DNA of 51,817 nt. Source: an uncultured Clostridia bacterium. GTDB lineage: Bacteria > Bacillota > Clostridia > TANB77 > CAG-508. The notes under the pieces were generated by a model. The model had not been told where the DNA came from and did not search any database. It saw only the letters and a list, made by a program, of their open reading frames with translations. Made by a program: the position numbers and the translations under genes. Shown piece by piece: positions 20,994 to 30,519 of this stretch (positions within the stretch are counted from its first letter, which is position 1; every line of letters starts with the position of its first letter). Location of the stretch: NCBI GenBank assembly GCA_947589445.1, contig CANQAB010000001.1, positions 1 to 51,817 of the forward strand, given 5' to 3'.

Positions 20994-21713
20994 TTATTCT
21001 ACACTGTTGTTATTAGAATCACTTGATTCTGTATTAACGTTATTTGAAGTATTGTTTTGCTCATTTGAATTTGTAGTTTGTGCATTTGTATTATTAGAAT
21101 TTTCTGATTCTGTATTCGTAATTGTTGATACATTGCTTATTGTGGATGGATCAATGTTAACATCTTTAACTGTAAAAGAAGATGATATAATTTCTGAACT
21201 TCCACTCATTTTAAAATTATATATTCTAAAATACAAATCTGAATTATTCTCAATACTTGATATAAATTGAGATATATTAACATATTCTCCTGAAACTGTA
21301 AAATATAAGTTATATAAATTTTCACTACTTGCTCTTTTTACATCCATTCCTATAGTAAGATTATATGTTGTTGCATATTTACCTATAGTTTTCCATAAAT
21401 ATGCAATATCATATTGTTTTGTTTCATAAATTTGCTTTTCATTTTCTTTATTAAATCCTGATATTTCTTCGTATTTTTGTTTTTGTATTATTTGTTTTTC
21501 AAAAGTTTCTTCTAATGTAGATATACTCTGTGGATAATCTATAGAAGTTAACTTGCTTGCAGTTTCTATTGTGTCATTTAATTCTTTATTTTTATCTTCC
21601 AATTCTGAAATAGATAAAATCTTAAAATTTCCTAATTTTATACCTGAAATTATTGCAACTATAAATAATACAATTAACAAAACAAATATAATAGACATTA
21701 CTTTATTTTTCAT
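20994..21713 (-). CDS. PilO-like pilus assembly protein
   Basis: 239 aa with an N-terminal TM segment, then a coiled-coil, a globular part and an N/S/T-rich tail. ATGA overlap with the pilMN stop suggests translational coupling. Confidence 0.5.
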   Translation of the reverse strand: MKNKVMSIIFVLLIVLFIVAIISGIKLGNFKILSISELEDKNKELNDTIETASKLTSIDYPQSISTLEETFEKQIIQKQKYEEISGFNKENEKQIYETKQYDIAYLWKTIGKYATTYNLTIGMDVKRASSENLYNLYFTVSGEYVNISQFISSIENNSDLYFRIYNFKMSGSSEIISSSFTVKDVNIDPSTISNVSTITNTESENSNNTNAQTTNSNEQNNTSNNVNTESSDSNNNSVE

Positions 21714-23302
21714 GGTAATTCTCCTTCTATTGTAACAGTTAGATAGCCTCCTTGCATTATACCAGTATCTGATACAACATTATCTAAAATTCCTTCAACT
21801 CCTAGTTTTGTTTTAAAGAATGCTACTTGTTTTGGATCATTTGATTTTGCACCAATAACAATATGAGTACCTGCTGTATTTTCTATTGAAGTTAATTGTA
21901 CACTTTTAGGTATAACAGCCATAATATTATTTAATAAATTTGGTATTGTATTTTTATATCTTTTATCTTCAGAATTAGCATTATTTATATTTTCAATATT
22001 TCTAATTAATCTTTCATAATTATTTATTTGTTCATTAAATTTACTATTATATGAATTTAGTGTGCTAATTCTTTCTTTTGTAGTTTTAATAGACTCTTCT
22101 GTTAAGGCAATTTTATTATCTAAGCGGTTATTAATAACAATTGTACCTATTAAATAAGTAATTACAATTAGGAAGAAAGTAAAAAAAGCTATATTATATT
22201 GTCTGCTAAATTTATCTAAAAAATTATTAATGCTATCTGCTGTTATATTAATATTTTTCTTTGAAACATCACTTTTTAAAATTTTTACTACTTTGTCTAG
22301 CGTTGATTCTGTCGTAAAATTAATATTATTATTTTTTTCTAATCCTTGCAACGCAATTGAAATAGCGGAGTTTACTTCAATATAATCCTTTACATTTACT
22401 TTAGAATTATTGTTTATAAAACTTGGTTTAAGTATTTCACAACGTATATTTTTTAAATATTCTTGAAAGTATATATCTATATTGCTAATAATAGCTGCAG
22501 TTCCTGTGATATATACTTTTTCTATTTTTTCCATACTTTCATCTGTTATTTTTCTTACTTCTGATACAATCTGGTATAATGTTGGCATTATATCAACTAA
22601 ATACTCATTTTCTTCGTATTGTAAATCCTTATCTTGTTCTGTATAAATTGTTGAATTTTTGCATATTTCATATGCTTTGGAATAAGAATTTTCTTTTTTA
22701 TTAATACTTTCTATTATATTTTGTGCTCCCATAGGAAGAATTGTAATATCGGATACAGCATTGTTATAAACTTTTGTAATAGTTGTATTTTTTTCAATGT
22801 TAACAATTAATGTTGTAGTCTTTTTTTCTTTTTTTAAAAGATTTGGTATTATTATTCCTAGTGGTACAATATTGCTTATTTTATATTTAGAAAATTCATT
22901 TTTTCTTTGTACTATAGCTGTTTTAGGTGTTGAAATATGAATAATCTTAAGTTTTTCATTTTTTATATTAGAATTTGCAATAATATATCTTTGTTCATAT
23001 ATGCTAGGATTAATACCCTTATCATAACAAATGCTTTCAAATTCAGTTTTAATAACACCGTCTATATCTTTTTTGCTTAGCAAGCTAAATACTTCAAATT
23101 TATTATATATTTCATCTGATATATTAATACTAATTGGTATTTTAAAGCTGTATGTTTCTTCCACAATTTGCTTAATAGCATCTTCTAAATTTTCATAAAA
23201 TTTTACACCAAAAGATTCAACTTTAAGCAAATCATTATTTTTTGAAACTTTTGCATATTTTATTAAATTGTTTTCTATATATAATCCTAGGCAACTTGCC
23301 AT
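21710..23302 (-). CDS. pilMN: PilM-PilN fusion protein (actin-like ATPase fold, TM segment and PilN-like domain)
   Basis: 530 aa. The N-terminus LGLYIENNLIKYAKV is PilM-like. There is an internal TM segment (IAFFTFFLIVITYLIGTIVI) followed by a coiled-coil. AAGGAG lies upstream. Confidence 0.6.
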   Translation of the reverse strand: MASCLGLYIENNLIKYAKVSKNNDLLKVESFGVKFYENLEDAIKQIVEETYSFKIPISINISDEIYNKFEVFSLLSKKDIDGVIKTEFESICYDKGINPSIYEQRYIIANSNIKNEKLKIIHISTPKTAIVQRKNEFSKYKISNIVPLGIIIPNLLKKEKKTTTLIVNIEKNTTITKVYNNAVSDITILPMGAQNIIESINKKENSYSKAYEICKNSTIYTEQDKDLQYEENEYLVDIMPTLYQIVSEVRKITDESMEKIEKVYITGTAAIISNIDIYFQEYLKNIRCEILKPSFINNNSKVNVKDYIEVNSAISIALQGLEKNNNINFTTESTLDKVVKILKSDVSKKNINITADSINNFLDKFSRQYNIAFFTFFLIVITYLIGTIVINNRLDNKIALTEESIKTTKERISTLNSYNSKFNEQINNYERLIRNIENINNANSEDKRYKNTIPNLLNNIMAVIPKSVQLTSIENTAGTHIVIGAKSNDPKQVAFFKTKLGVEGILDNVVSDTGIMQGGYLTVTIEGELP

Positions 23303-23630
23303 TTTATAGCTCCTTTTTTTATTTTATTTGCATATTATTATTTTTTATATTTTTAATTTTTTCATACTTGTATAAATTTAATATATTTGTAATTTTTTCA
23401 TATTTATTTTATTATTTTATAAAAAAAAGTCAATATTATAGTTAGTATTGTAATACAAATATCATTTTGTTGTAATATTTTTGTAATATTTTTAGTTGAG
23501 TTTGATTAATTTTTATGTATATTTTTTCTTAAAAAGGAAATTATAGTAACAAATTAATTCTTTAATTTGATGTATAAAGTTTAATATATTAAGCTTTGAA
23601 CATCAATCTATATATGTATGGAGGTTTTTT

Positions 23631-23843
23631 ATGAGTACTCAAAAACATTTAATAATTACTGGAATTTCAGATATTTCATGGAAAGATGCAACTCTAAAAG
23701 CAATAGCTGAAGTTTCTAAAACAATTGATTACATTTCTGAAATCAAAATCTTAGAGCAACGAGCGACAATTACGGATAACAAAATTACCAAATATTTCGC
23801 AGACTTAGATTTAAGTTTTATAATTGATGAAGATAGAAAATAA
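23631..23843 (+). CDS. dodecin-like small protein
   Basis: 70 aa. The pattern xxIITGxSxxSxxDAxxxAxxxxxxTxxxxxxxxIxE...F fits my memory of the dodecin (about 70 aa) fold family. GGAGG lies upstream, and spoVAC starts 29 nt downstream. Confidence 0.5.
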   Translation: MSTQKHLIITGISDISWKDATLKAIAEVSKTIDYISEIKILEQRATITDNKITKYFADLDLSFIIDEDRK

Positions 23844-23872
23844 AATTTAAATAAAAAGGAGGAATAGATTCA

Positions 23873-24319
23873 ATGGATAATCCACAAGATACAAAAAAAT
23901 CTTATCAGGACTATATTGATAAAAAATCACCAAATTCACCTATTATAAAAAATTGTTTCAATGCTTTTTGGGTAGGTGGACTTATTTGTATGATTGGTCA
24001 AATAATTAATGCTTTTTGTAAATATAAAGGATTAGATACTCAAATTGCAGGTACTATTGTCTCTATAATTCTTATTGGCATAAGTGCCTTCTTAACAGGA
24101 TTAAATATATTCAACAAAATTGGAAAGTTTGCAGGTGCCGGTTCTTTAATTCCTATTACAGGATTTGCGAACTCAATTGTATCTCCCGCTATGGAATATA
24201 AATCTGAAGGCTATGTTATGGGAGTTGGTGCTAAAATGTTTACAGTAGCAGGACCCGTATTAGTTTACGGAATATCTAGTTCTGTATTAGTTGGAATAAT
24301 TTATTTTATTTTTAGATAA
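23873..24319 (+). CDS. spoVAC: stage V sporulation protein AC
   Basis: 148-aa membrane protein. N-terminus YQDYIDKKSPNSP..KNCFNAFWVGGLIC and PITGFANS are typical of SpoVAC. Confidence 0.88.
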   Translation: MDNPQDTKKSYQDYIDKKSPNSPIIKNCFNAFWVGGLICMIGQIINAFCKYKGLDTQIAGTIVSIILIGISAFLTGLNIFNKIGKFAGAGSLIPITGFANSIVSPAMEYKSEGYVMGVGAKMFTVAGPVLVYGISSSVLVGIIYFIFR

Positions 24320-24346
24320 TTATAATTCATAGAAAGGATAATGTTT

Positions 24347-25351
24347 ATGAAAAAAATAGGTAAACAAACTATTAAATTTAATTCTCCCCCCTCTATTTTA
24401 AGCACAGCATGTATTGTTGGACCTAAAGAAGGACAAGGTCCACTAGCTAAATATTTTGACCAATGTTTAGAAGATGAATTTTGGGGAGAGAAAACATGGG
24501 AAAAGGCAGAAAGTAAAATTATAAAAGAAACAGTTAATACAGTTATTTCAAAATCAGAATTACCTGCTTCTAATATAGATTATTGCTTTGCTGGTGATTT
24601 ATTGAATCAGTGTATATCTTCAAGTTTTGGATTAAGAGATTTAAATATCCCATTTTTAGGTATATTTGGAGCTTGTTCAACTTTTGTTGAGGGACTTGTT
24701 TTCTCTAGTATTTTTGTTGAAGGAGGAGCAGGTAATAATTGTTTATGTGCAGCTTCAAGTCATTTTTGCAGTGCAGAAAAACAATTTCGTTTTCCTCTAG
24801 AATTAGGAAATCAAAGACCTCCTTCATCCCAATGGACAGTAACTGGAGCAGGTAGTGCAATTATATCTAAAAATGGAACAGGTCCATTTATAACACACGC
24901 TACCGTAGGAAAAATTGTAGATATGGGTATAAAAGATGCTAATAATATGGGAGCAGCTATGGCACCTGCAGCTTTAGATACTTTATTAACACATTTTAAA
25001 GATACAAACAGAAATCCAAGCTATTATGATGCTATTATAACAGGAGATTTAGGTCATATCGGTAAGGAAGTTTTGATAGAACTTGCGGAAAAGCAAGGCT
25101 TTAATATTAAATCTAATTATAATGACTGTGGTGTTTTAATATTTGATAAAGAAAGCCAAGATACTCATTCAGGTGGTAGTGGATGTGCTTGTTGTGGAAG
25201 CGTTTTTTCTGGATATTTATATGAACAATTAAAAACAAAAAAAATAAAGAAATTATTGCTAATTGCTACAGGTGCTTTAACGAATGCTACAAGTTCTCAA
25301 CAAGGTGAATCAATCCCTGGAATTGCACATGCAGTTTCAATTGAAATTTAA
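24347..25351 (+). CDS. spoVAD: stage V sporulation protein AD (thiolase-like fold)
   Basis: About 334 aa. The PSILSTACIVGPKEGQGPL N-terminus is typical of SpoVAD. The ATG at 24347 has better spacing to AGAAAGGA than 24341. Confidence 0.88.
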   Translation: MKKIGKQTIKFNSPPSILSTACIVGPKEGQGPLAKYFDQCLEDEFWGEKTWEKAESKIIKETVNTVISKSELPASNIDYCFAGDLLNQCISSSFGLRDLNIPFLGIFGACSTFVEGLVFSSIFVEGGAGNNCLCAASSHFCSAEKQFRFPLELGNQRPPSSQWTVTGAGSAIISKNGTGPFITHATVGKIVDMGIKDANNMGAAMAPAALDTLLTHFKDTNRNPSYYDAIITGDLGHIGKEVLIELAEKQGFNIKSNYNDCGVLIFDKESQDTHSGGSGCACCGSVFSGYLYEQLKTKKIKKLLLIATGALTNATSSQQGESIPGIAHAVSIEI

Positions 25352-25382
25352 AATAAATTGTAATTTATAGAAAGGATATAAT

Positions 25383-25772
25383 ATGCAAGAATTTTTACAA
25401 AGTATAAATTATATGCAGCTACTTTATGCATTTATAGTAGGCGGAATTATTTGTATTATAGGTCAAATTCTAATAGATAAAACCAAACTAACACCAGCTA
25501 GAATTTTAGTAATCTATGTAACAGCAGGTGCAATTTTAGGAGGCTTAGGAATTTATCAATACTTAGTTGATTTTGCAGGAGCTGGAGCTACTGTTCCGCT
25601 TACTGGATTCGGTTATAACTTAGCAAAAGGTGCAAAAGAAGCTGTAGACCAATATGGTTTCGTAGGTGCTTTTATTGGTGGAACAAAAGCTGCTGCCGGT
25701 GGAATTGCTGCAGCTGTATTCTTTGGATATATTGCTTCTTTGATATCTAAACCAAAGATGAAAAAGCAATAA
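25383..25772 (+). CDS. spoVAE: stage V sporulation protein AE (SpoVAEB type)
   Basis: 129-aa membrane protein with the PLTGFG motif, paralogous to SpoVAC. It is third in the spoVAC-AD-AE order. Confidence 0.85.
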   Translation: MQEFLQSINYMQLLYAFIVGGIICIIGQILIDKTKLTPARILVIYVTAGAILGGLGIYQYLVDFAGAGATVPLTGFGYNLAKGAKEAVDQYGFVGAFIGGTKAAAGGIAAAVFFGYIASLISKPKMKKQ

Positions 25773-25930
25773 AATAATAAAAGCAGACATTATTAAACTT
25801 TTTACTTTTTTATAAATATAAAGTTAGCATTTCCCATCGCTCGTAAAAAATTACAAAGCAATTTTTTTGAAATAAATTTTATATAATAAGAAAGTATAGC
25901 TTTTCTAAAGTATAGCTTTTCTATTGTATA

Positions 25931-25967
25931 AAAAAAGAAATAGAATTTATATATCTATTTCTTTTTT
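25931..25967. terminator. bidirectional terminator between spoVAE (+) and rplT (-)
   Basis: Stem AGAAATAG / CTATTTCT (25936-25943 / 25955-25962), flanked by an A-run and a T-run. Confidence 0.7.
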
Positions 25968-25976
25968 ATGATTTTT

Positions 25977-26327
25977 CTATGCATTTTTAGCTATTTCTGC
26001 AATTTTAGTAAATGCTTCTGCATCTGTTATAGCAACTTCAGCTAACATTTTTCTATTAATTGCAACATTAGCTTTCTTTAATCCAGCTATTAATGTGCTA
26101 TATGTTAAACCATTTTGTCTTGCAGCTGCATTAATTCTTGCTATCCATAATTTTCTAAAATTACTTTTTTTATCTTTTCTTCCTATATATGCATACATTC
26201 CAGATTTCATAACAGCTTGTTTTGCCATTCTAAATCTATAACCTTTTGCACCATAGTATCCTTTTGCTTGTTTTAATATTTTTTTATGTTTTTTTCTTGT
26301 AATTTTAGCTGTTTTAACTCTTGCCAT
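25977..26327 (-). CDS. rplT: 50S ribosomal protein L20
   Basis: [28 protein letters not shown]... is a canonical L20 sequence. Confidence 0.97.
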   Translation of the reverse strand: MARVKTAKITRKKHKKILKQAKGYYGAKGYRFRMAKQAVMKSGMYAYIGRKDKKSNFRKLWIARINAAARQNGLTYSTLIAGLKKANVAINRKMLAEVAITDAEAFTKIAEIAKNA

Positions 26328-26365
26328 TTATTCTTCACTCCTTCTTAGTATTTTATTATTAAAAT

Positions 26366-26569
26366 TTATCCACCATAAGGCATTAACTTCTTAATTCCTG
26401 CCTCGCATGTTTTATCTGCATATGCATTTTGTATTTTTCCAGATTTTTTTTGTCTAGAAGTTTTATTAGCTAAAAGATGTCTTCTATTAGCTTTTGTTCT
26501 TTTAACTTTACCTGTAGCTGTTAAACTATATCTTTTTTTAGCTGCTTTATTTGTTTTTAACTTTGCCAT
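26366..26569 (-). CDS. rpmI: 50S ribosomal protein L35
   Basis: MAKLKTNKAAKKRYSLTATGKVKR...RHLL is a canonical L35 sequence. Confidence 0.95.
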   Translation of the reverse strand: MAKLKTNKAAKKRYSLTATGKVKRTKANRRHLLANKTSRQKKSGKIQNAYADKTCEAGIKKLMPYGG

Positions 26570-26597
26570 TATATTTTCTCTCCTTTCAATTTTTTAC

Positions 26598-27104
26598 TTA
26601 TTTCTTAGATAAAATGATAAACATATTTTTTCCTTCTAATACAGCTTTTTTATCCAAATTAGATACGTCTGCTAAAGCATCCGAAAATTTATGTAGAAGA
26701 TTTTCACCTGCTTTAGCATAATTTAATTCTCTACCTCTAAATCTAACCGTAATTTTAACTTTACAACCATCCTCTAAAAACTTTCTTGCATTTTTTACTT
26801 TAAAATTAAAATCGTGTTCTTCTGTATTAGGTGTAACTCTTATTTCTTTGATTTCTGTAACTTTTTGCTTTTTCTTAGCTTCCTTTTCCTTTTTAGCTTG
26901 CTCAAATTTATGCTTTCCATAATTCATTATTTTACAAACTGGTGGATTTCCATTTGGAGCTACTAAAACCAAATCTAATTTTTTATCATACGCCATGTCT
27001 AATGCCTGGTTAGAAGTCATAATACCCAATTTTTGTCCATTTTCGTCAATTACTTGAACTTCTTTAAACCTAATTTTTTCATTAATTGGTAATTCTTGTT
27101 TTAT
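26598..27104 (-). CDS. infC: translation initiation factor IF-3, probable non-AUG (ATA) start
   Basis: Conserved IF-3 body (IRFKEVQVIDENGQKLGIM...). The ORF-track start is a TTG lying inside the SD (GGGAGGTG). The first plausible initiator is ATA at 27102-27104, 7 nt after GGAGG. Confidence 0.85.
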   Translation of the reverse strand: MKQELPINEKIRFKEVQVIDENGQKLGIMTSNQALDMAYDKKLDLVLVAPNGNPPVCKIMNYGKHKFEQAKKEKEAKKKQKVTEIKEIRVTPNTEEHDFNFKVKNARKFLEDGCKVKITVRFRGRELNYAKAGENLLHKFSDALADVSNLDKKAVLEGKNMFIILSKK

Positions 27105-27119
27105 ATTAACACCTCCCAA

Positions 27120-27340
27120 ATATTAAATCATTAATAATGAATAGTTAATAATAAAAAATTATTCATCATTAATTTTTAACTTTTTATTTTTTATTACATA
27201 GTTTTTATAAAATAAAATTGACTATGCATGTTCATAGTCAATCCACCATTCCTAATAAAATATTTATACATCATTATAATATTTCATTTACCTTTTCCTT
27301 TAAATAGTTAAGGTGAGAAGTGGATGACTTCTTCTTTTTA
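27120..27340 (-). promoter_or_regulatory. infC-rpmI-rplT leader with internal terminator (L20-leader-like attenuator)
   Basis: This is an untranslated leader of about 220 nt. It contains the hairpin ATTGACTATG / CATAGTCAAT (27217-27226 / 27233-27242) followed on the minus strand by TTTATTTTAT. A second hairpin lies at about 27315-27333. Confidence 0.5.
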
Positions 27341-27348
27341 ACATTAAT

Positions 27349-27377
27349 ATATTACAACACATTCTTAAAAAAGTCAA
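27349..27377 (-). promoter_or_regulatory. sigma-A-type promoter of the infC operon
   Basis: On the minus strand: TTGACT (27372-27377), exact 17-nt spacer, TAATAT (27349-27354). Confidence 0.65.
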
Positions 27378-27395
27378 TCTTTTTATTCAAAATTA

Positions 27396-27424
27396 TTGAC
27401 TTTTTTTTATTTTTATATTAGAAT
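27396..27424 (+). promoter_or_regulatory. sigma-A-type promoter of rplM-rpsI
   Basis: TTGACT (27396-27401), exact 17-nt spacer, TAGAAT (27419-27424). It is divergent from the infC promoter. Confidence 0.65.
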
Positions 27425-27527
27425 ATATGAGTATTTTATTAAATATAAAAATTAATAACTTCTCCCCGGTAGTTATTGTTTTTATATGTATGAATATTTA
27501 TTTAATGAATGGAGGGTAATTTTTACC

Positions 27528-27962
27528 ATGAATAATACTACATATAGTGTAAAGAAAAATGATATTGAAAGTAAATGGTATATAATTGATGCAGCTAACA
27601 AACCTTTAGGTAGAGTTGCCACAGAAGCTGCTAAATTATTAAGAGGAAAACATAAACCAACTTTTACACCAAATATAGATGTTGGTGACCATGTAATTAT
27701 ACTTAACTGCAATCAAGTTATTTTAACAGGAAACAAATTAAACCAAAAAATTTATAGACATCACTCTGGATATATTGGTGGAATGAAGGAACTTTCAGCA
27801 AAAGATATGCTTGCAAATAAACCTGAAAAGGCAATGATGTTAGCTGTAAAAGGAATGCTTCCACATACTAGATTAGGAGCTGCCCAATTAAAAAAATTAA
27901 GAGTATATGCTGGTAATGAGCATGAAAATATAGCTCAAAAGCCAGAAATATGGAACTTTTAA
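27528..27962 (+). CDS. rplM: 50S ribosomal protein L13
   Basis: [22 protein letters not shown]... is a canonical L13 N-terminus. GGAGGG lies upstream of the ATG at 27528, and the longer ORF start is unlikely. Confidence 0.95.
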   Translation: MNNTTYSVKKNDIESKWYIIDAANKPLGRVATEAAKLLRGKHKPTFTPNIDVGDHVIILNCNQVILTGNKLNQKIYRHHSGYIGGMKELSAKDMLANKPEKAMMLAVKGMLPHTRLGAAQLKKLRVYAGNEHENIAQKPEIWNF

Positions 27963-27984
27963 AAATTAAGAGGAGGAAATATAA

Positions 27985-28392
27985 ATGCCTAAAACAAAAT
28001 CAGAAAAAATAGTATTTTATGGAACAGGTAGAAGAAAAAGTTCAATTGCTAGAGTTAGATTAGTAGAAGGAACCGGAAAAATAACAATTAACGGTAAAGA
28101 TATAGATGAATACTTAGGATTAGAAACTTTAAAAGTAATTGTAAAACAACCTTTAGTTGCTACTAATACTTTATCTAAATATGATGTAATTGTTAAAGTT
28201 ACAGGTGGAGGATTTACAGGTCAAGCTGGTGCAATTCGTCATGGAATAGCAAGAGCTTTATTAGAAGCAAATACAGAATATAGACCAACACTAAAAGCTA
28301 GTGGTTTCTTAACAAGAGATCCAAGAATGAAAGAAAGAAAGAAATATGGTCTAAAAAAAGCAAGACGTGCACCACAGTTCTCAAAAAGATAA
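27985..28392 (+). CDS. rpsI: 30S ribosomal protein S9
   Basis: [14 protein letters not shown] ... [12 protein letters not shown] is a canonical S9 sequence. Confidence 0.97.
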   Translation: MPKTKSEKIVFYGTGRRKSSIARVRLVEGTGKITINGKDIDEYLGLETLKVIVKQPLVATNTLSKYDVIVKVTGGGFTGQAGAIRHGIARALLEANTEYRPTLKASGFLTRDPRMKERKKYGLKKARRAPQFSKR

Positions 28393-28406
28393 AAATTATT
28401 TTTATC

Positions 28407-28441
28407 AAAAAACTCGGAGATAGTTATTTTTCCGAGTTTTT
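28407..28441. terminator. bidirectional terminator between rpsI and the convergent membrane-protein gene
   Basis: Stem AAAAACTCGGA / TCCGAGTTTTT (28407-28417 / 28431-28441). It overlaps the last codons of the minus-strand ORF. Confidence 0.75.
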
Positions 28442-29749
28442 TGTTTTTTTCATATTTTCACACATTAAAAATCCTAAAAATATAAAAAAGTATGGCGATG
28501 TATAATACATAGAGTTACCAAACATAGCTGAAAATAAATATGCAATTACACTTGCCAATGCTACTAAATTTATTTCTTCTTTTATATTTACCTTTTTTAT
28601 TGCTCTTAGTAAAATAATTCCAAGTGAAATTATATAAGTTAATATTCCTACTATACCTGACGTCGTAGCTAACTGAATAATCAAATTATGAGGTCTATCT
28701 TGATTAATTCCTACTTCTAGATACTTTTTCTCTATATTTTCTGGTCCATAGCCCAGTATTGGTCTTTGTAGAAAAAAATATATTCCATATTTCCATAATT
28801 TTATTCTACCACTGCCCCCACTTTCTGCAAGCGCAACCAATGTTTTATCATTATTTCTTTGTTGCTCTGAAATAGCAATATTATTTATATCTTTTATAAA
28901 ATGCATCGTATTACTTGTTGTAATTGTTCTTACTTCTTGATTAATGGATGTTACAATTATAAATATAGCAATTGAAACAATTGATAGTAATCTTTTTTCT
29001 TGTTTATACATGCAAAATAGCATAAATATTAATAATATTATTAATATAGATATATGGCAACCAAATGTATTATTCAATATTATATAGTATAGAAATAAAG
29101 AATATAAGAATAAATAAACTATTTTTATAAATTTGTTCTTTTCTACAACAAATAAAAAATTTGAAACTATTACTGCAAACAATAAATAATATCCATAATG
29201 ATTACTATTATAAAAACATGTTCTAGTAATTGTTCTTGGTACAAATACTTTTTCAAATATGCTTCTATTATATAATTCAACCGTAATAATATTAAGCAAT
29301 GCACTTATTAAAAAAATATTTATTAACATTTTTTTATGTTTTTGTGACTTTAGTAAAAAAGCATAAGAAAAAAATCCAGCATATGCCAAATAAGTAATAT
29401 ATCCATCTTTTCTATATTCTGTTCCCCAAAAGGCGTTTTTTATATTCGAAGAAAAAATAGAAGAAATAAATGTCCATATTAAAAATATTCCAAATATAGT
29501 TATTGGTAAAATCTCTTTATCGTATTTTTTCTTATCTTCCATTTTTTTCAAATTATCAAAAATATTCAGTATTAAGAAAAATATTCCTATTGCACCAACA
29601 ATTATCATAAATGTATATTCATACTTTATTACTATTTCAAATGTACCCCTTATTGCCTTTAGAACTGGAATTATGAACCATATAGTCAACGATAAAAAAA
29701 TGATTATTTGCTTTATATTTTCTACCTTTGTTTTTACATTTTCATTCAT
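28424..29749 (-). CDS. O-antigen ligase-like (Wzy_C domain) polytopic membrane protein
   Basis: 441 aa with at least 10 hydrophobic segments. The loop GSGRIKLWKYGIYFFLQRPILGYGPEN...RPHNLIIQLATTSGIVG resembles the Wzy_C / O-antigen ligase signature. Confidence 0.6.
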   Translation of the reverse strand: MNENVKTKVENIKQIIIFLSLTIWFIIPVLKAIRGTFEIVIKYEYTFMIIVGAIGIFFLILNIFDNLKKMEDKKKYDKEILPITIFGIFLIWTFISSIFSSNIKNAFWGTEYRKDGYITYLAYAGFFSYAFLLKSQKHKKMLINIFLISALLNIITVELYNRSIFEKVFVPRTITRTCFYNSNHYGYYLLFAVIVSNFLFVVEKNKFIKIVYLFLYSLFLYYIILNNTFGCHISILIILLIFMLFCMYKQEKRLLSIVSIAIFIIVTSINQEVRTITTSNTMHFIKDINNIAISEQQRNNDKTLVALAESGGSGRIKLWKYGIYFFLQRPILGYGPENIEKKYLEVGINQDRPHNLIIQLATTSGIVGILTYIISLGIILLRAIKKVNIKEEINLVALASVIAYLFSAMFGNSMYYTSPYFFIFLGFLMCENMKKTKNSEK

Positions 29750-29772
29750 CTTTTTCTATCTTTCTTTTTTAT

Positions 29773-30426
29773 CTACATCTTTCTAAATACACCACTTACT
29801 TTTCCAAGTATTTTACAATCTGGTACAATAATTGGATCCATTGTAGAATTTTCTGGTTGTAAACGAATATGATCTTTTTCTTTATAAAAGGTTTTTACTG
29901 TTGCTTCATCTTCTATTAAAGCTACAACAATTTCTCCATTATTAGCTGTATTTTGTTTTCTTACTAATATGTAATCTCCATCCAAAATTCCAGCTTCTAT
30001 CATACTTTCGCCTCTAACAGTAAGCATAAAGCTTTCACAGTTCCCAACAAAATCTATAGGAATAGGAAAAGTATCTGTTATGTTTTCTACTGCAAGAATT
30101 GGAGCTCCTGCTGTTATTTTTCCGATAACTGGTACTTCGACCATTTCTTTATTTGAATAAAATTCTTTAGCTGTATCTACTGGTGCTTTTCCCGAACTAC
30201 CTTTTAATAATTTTAATGTTCTTCCCTTTTGAGATTCTTTTTTAATATACCCTTTTTGTTCTAGTTTTGCTAAATATCCATGAACAGTTGCAGTAGATTT
30301 TAGACCAACCGCCTTTCCTATTTCTCTAACAGATGGTGGATAGCCATTTATTTTTGCTTGTTTTTCAATATAATCTAAAATTGCCCTTTCTCTTTTATTT
30401 AAAATATTGGGATCTTTTTTGGTCAT
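29773..30426 (-). CDS. lexA: LexA repressor
   Basis: N-terminal winged HTH ([30 protein letters not shown]). Ala-Gly cleavage site (KITAGAP), with catalytic Ser (GESM) and Lys (ATVKTF). Confidence 0.93.
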   Translation of the reverse strand: MTKKDPNILNKRERAILDYIEKQAKINGYPPSVREIGKAVGLKSTATVHGYLAKLEQKGYIKKESQKGRTLKLLKGSSGKAPVDTAKEFYSNKEMVEVPVIGKITAGAPILAVENITDTFPIPIDFVGNCESFMLTVRGESMIEAGILDGDYILVRKQNTANNGEIVVALIEDEATVKTFYKEKDHIRLQPENSTMDPIIVPDCKILGKVSGVFRKM

Positions 30427-30490
30427 TTATAAAACCTCCTATATTAGCATTTTTAACTAACAAAATTATTTTTATTTATATTTCTACTAT

Positions 30491-30519
30491 ATAATATCAT
30501 ACGAGTAAAAAAATGTCAA
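30491..30519 (-). promoter_or_regulatory. sigma-A-type promoter of lexA
   Basis: On the minus strand: TTGACA (30514-30519), 17-nt spacer, TATTAT (30491-30496). The 10-bp palindrome CAAATATTTG (30521-30530) abuts the -35. Confidence 0.6.
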
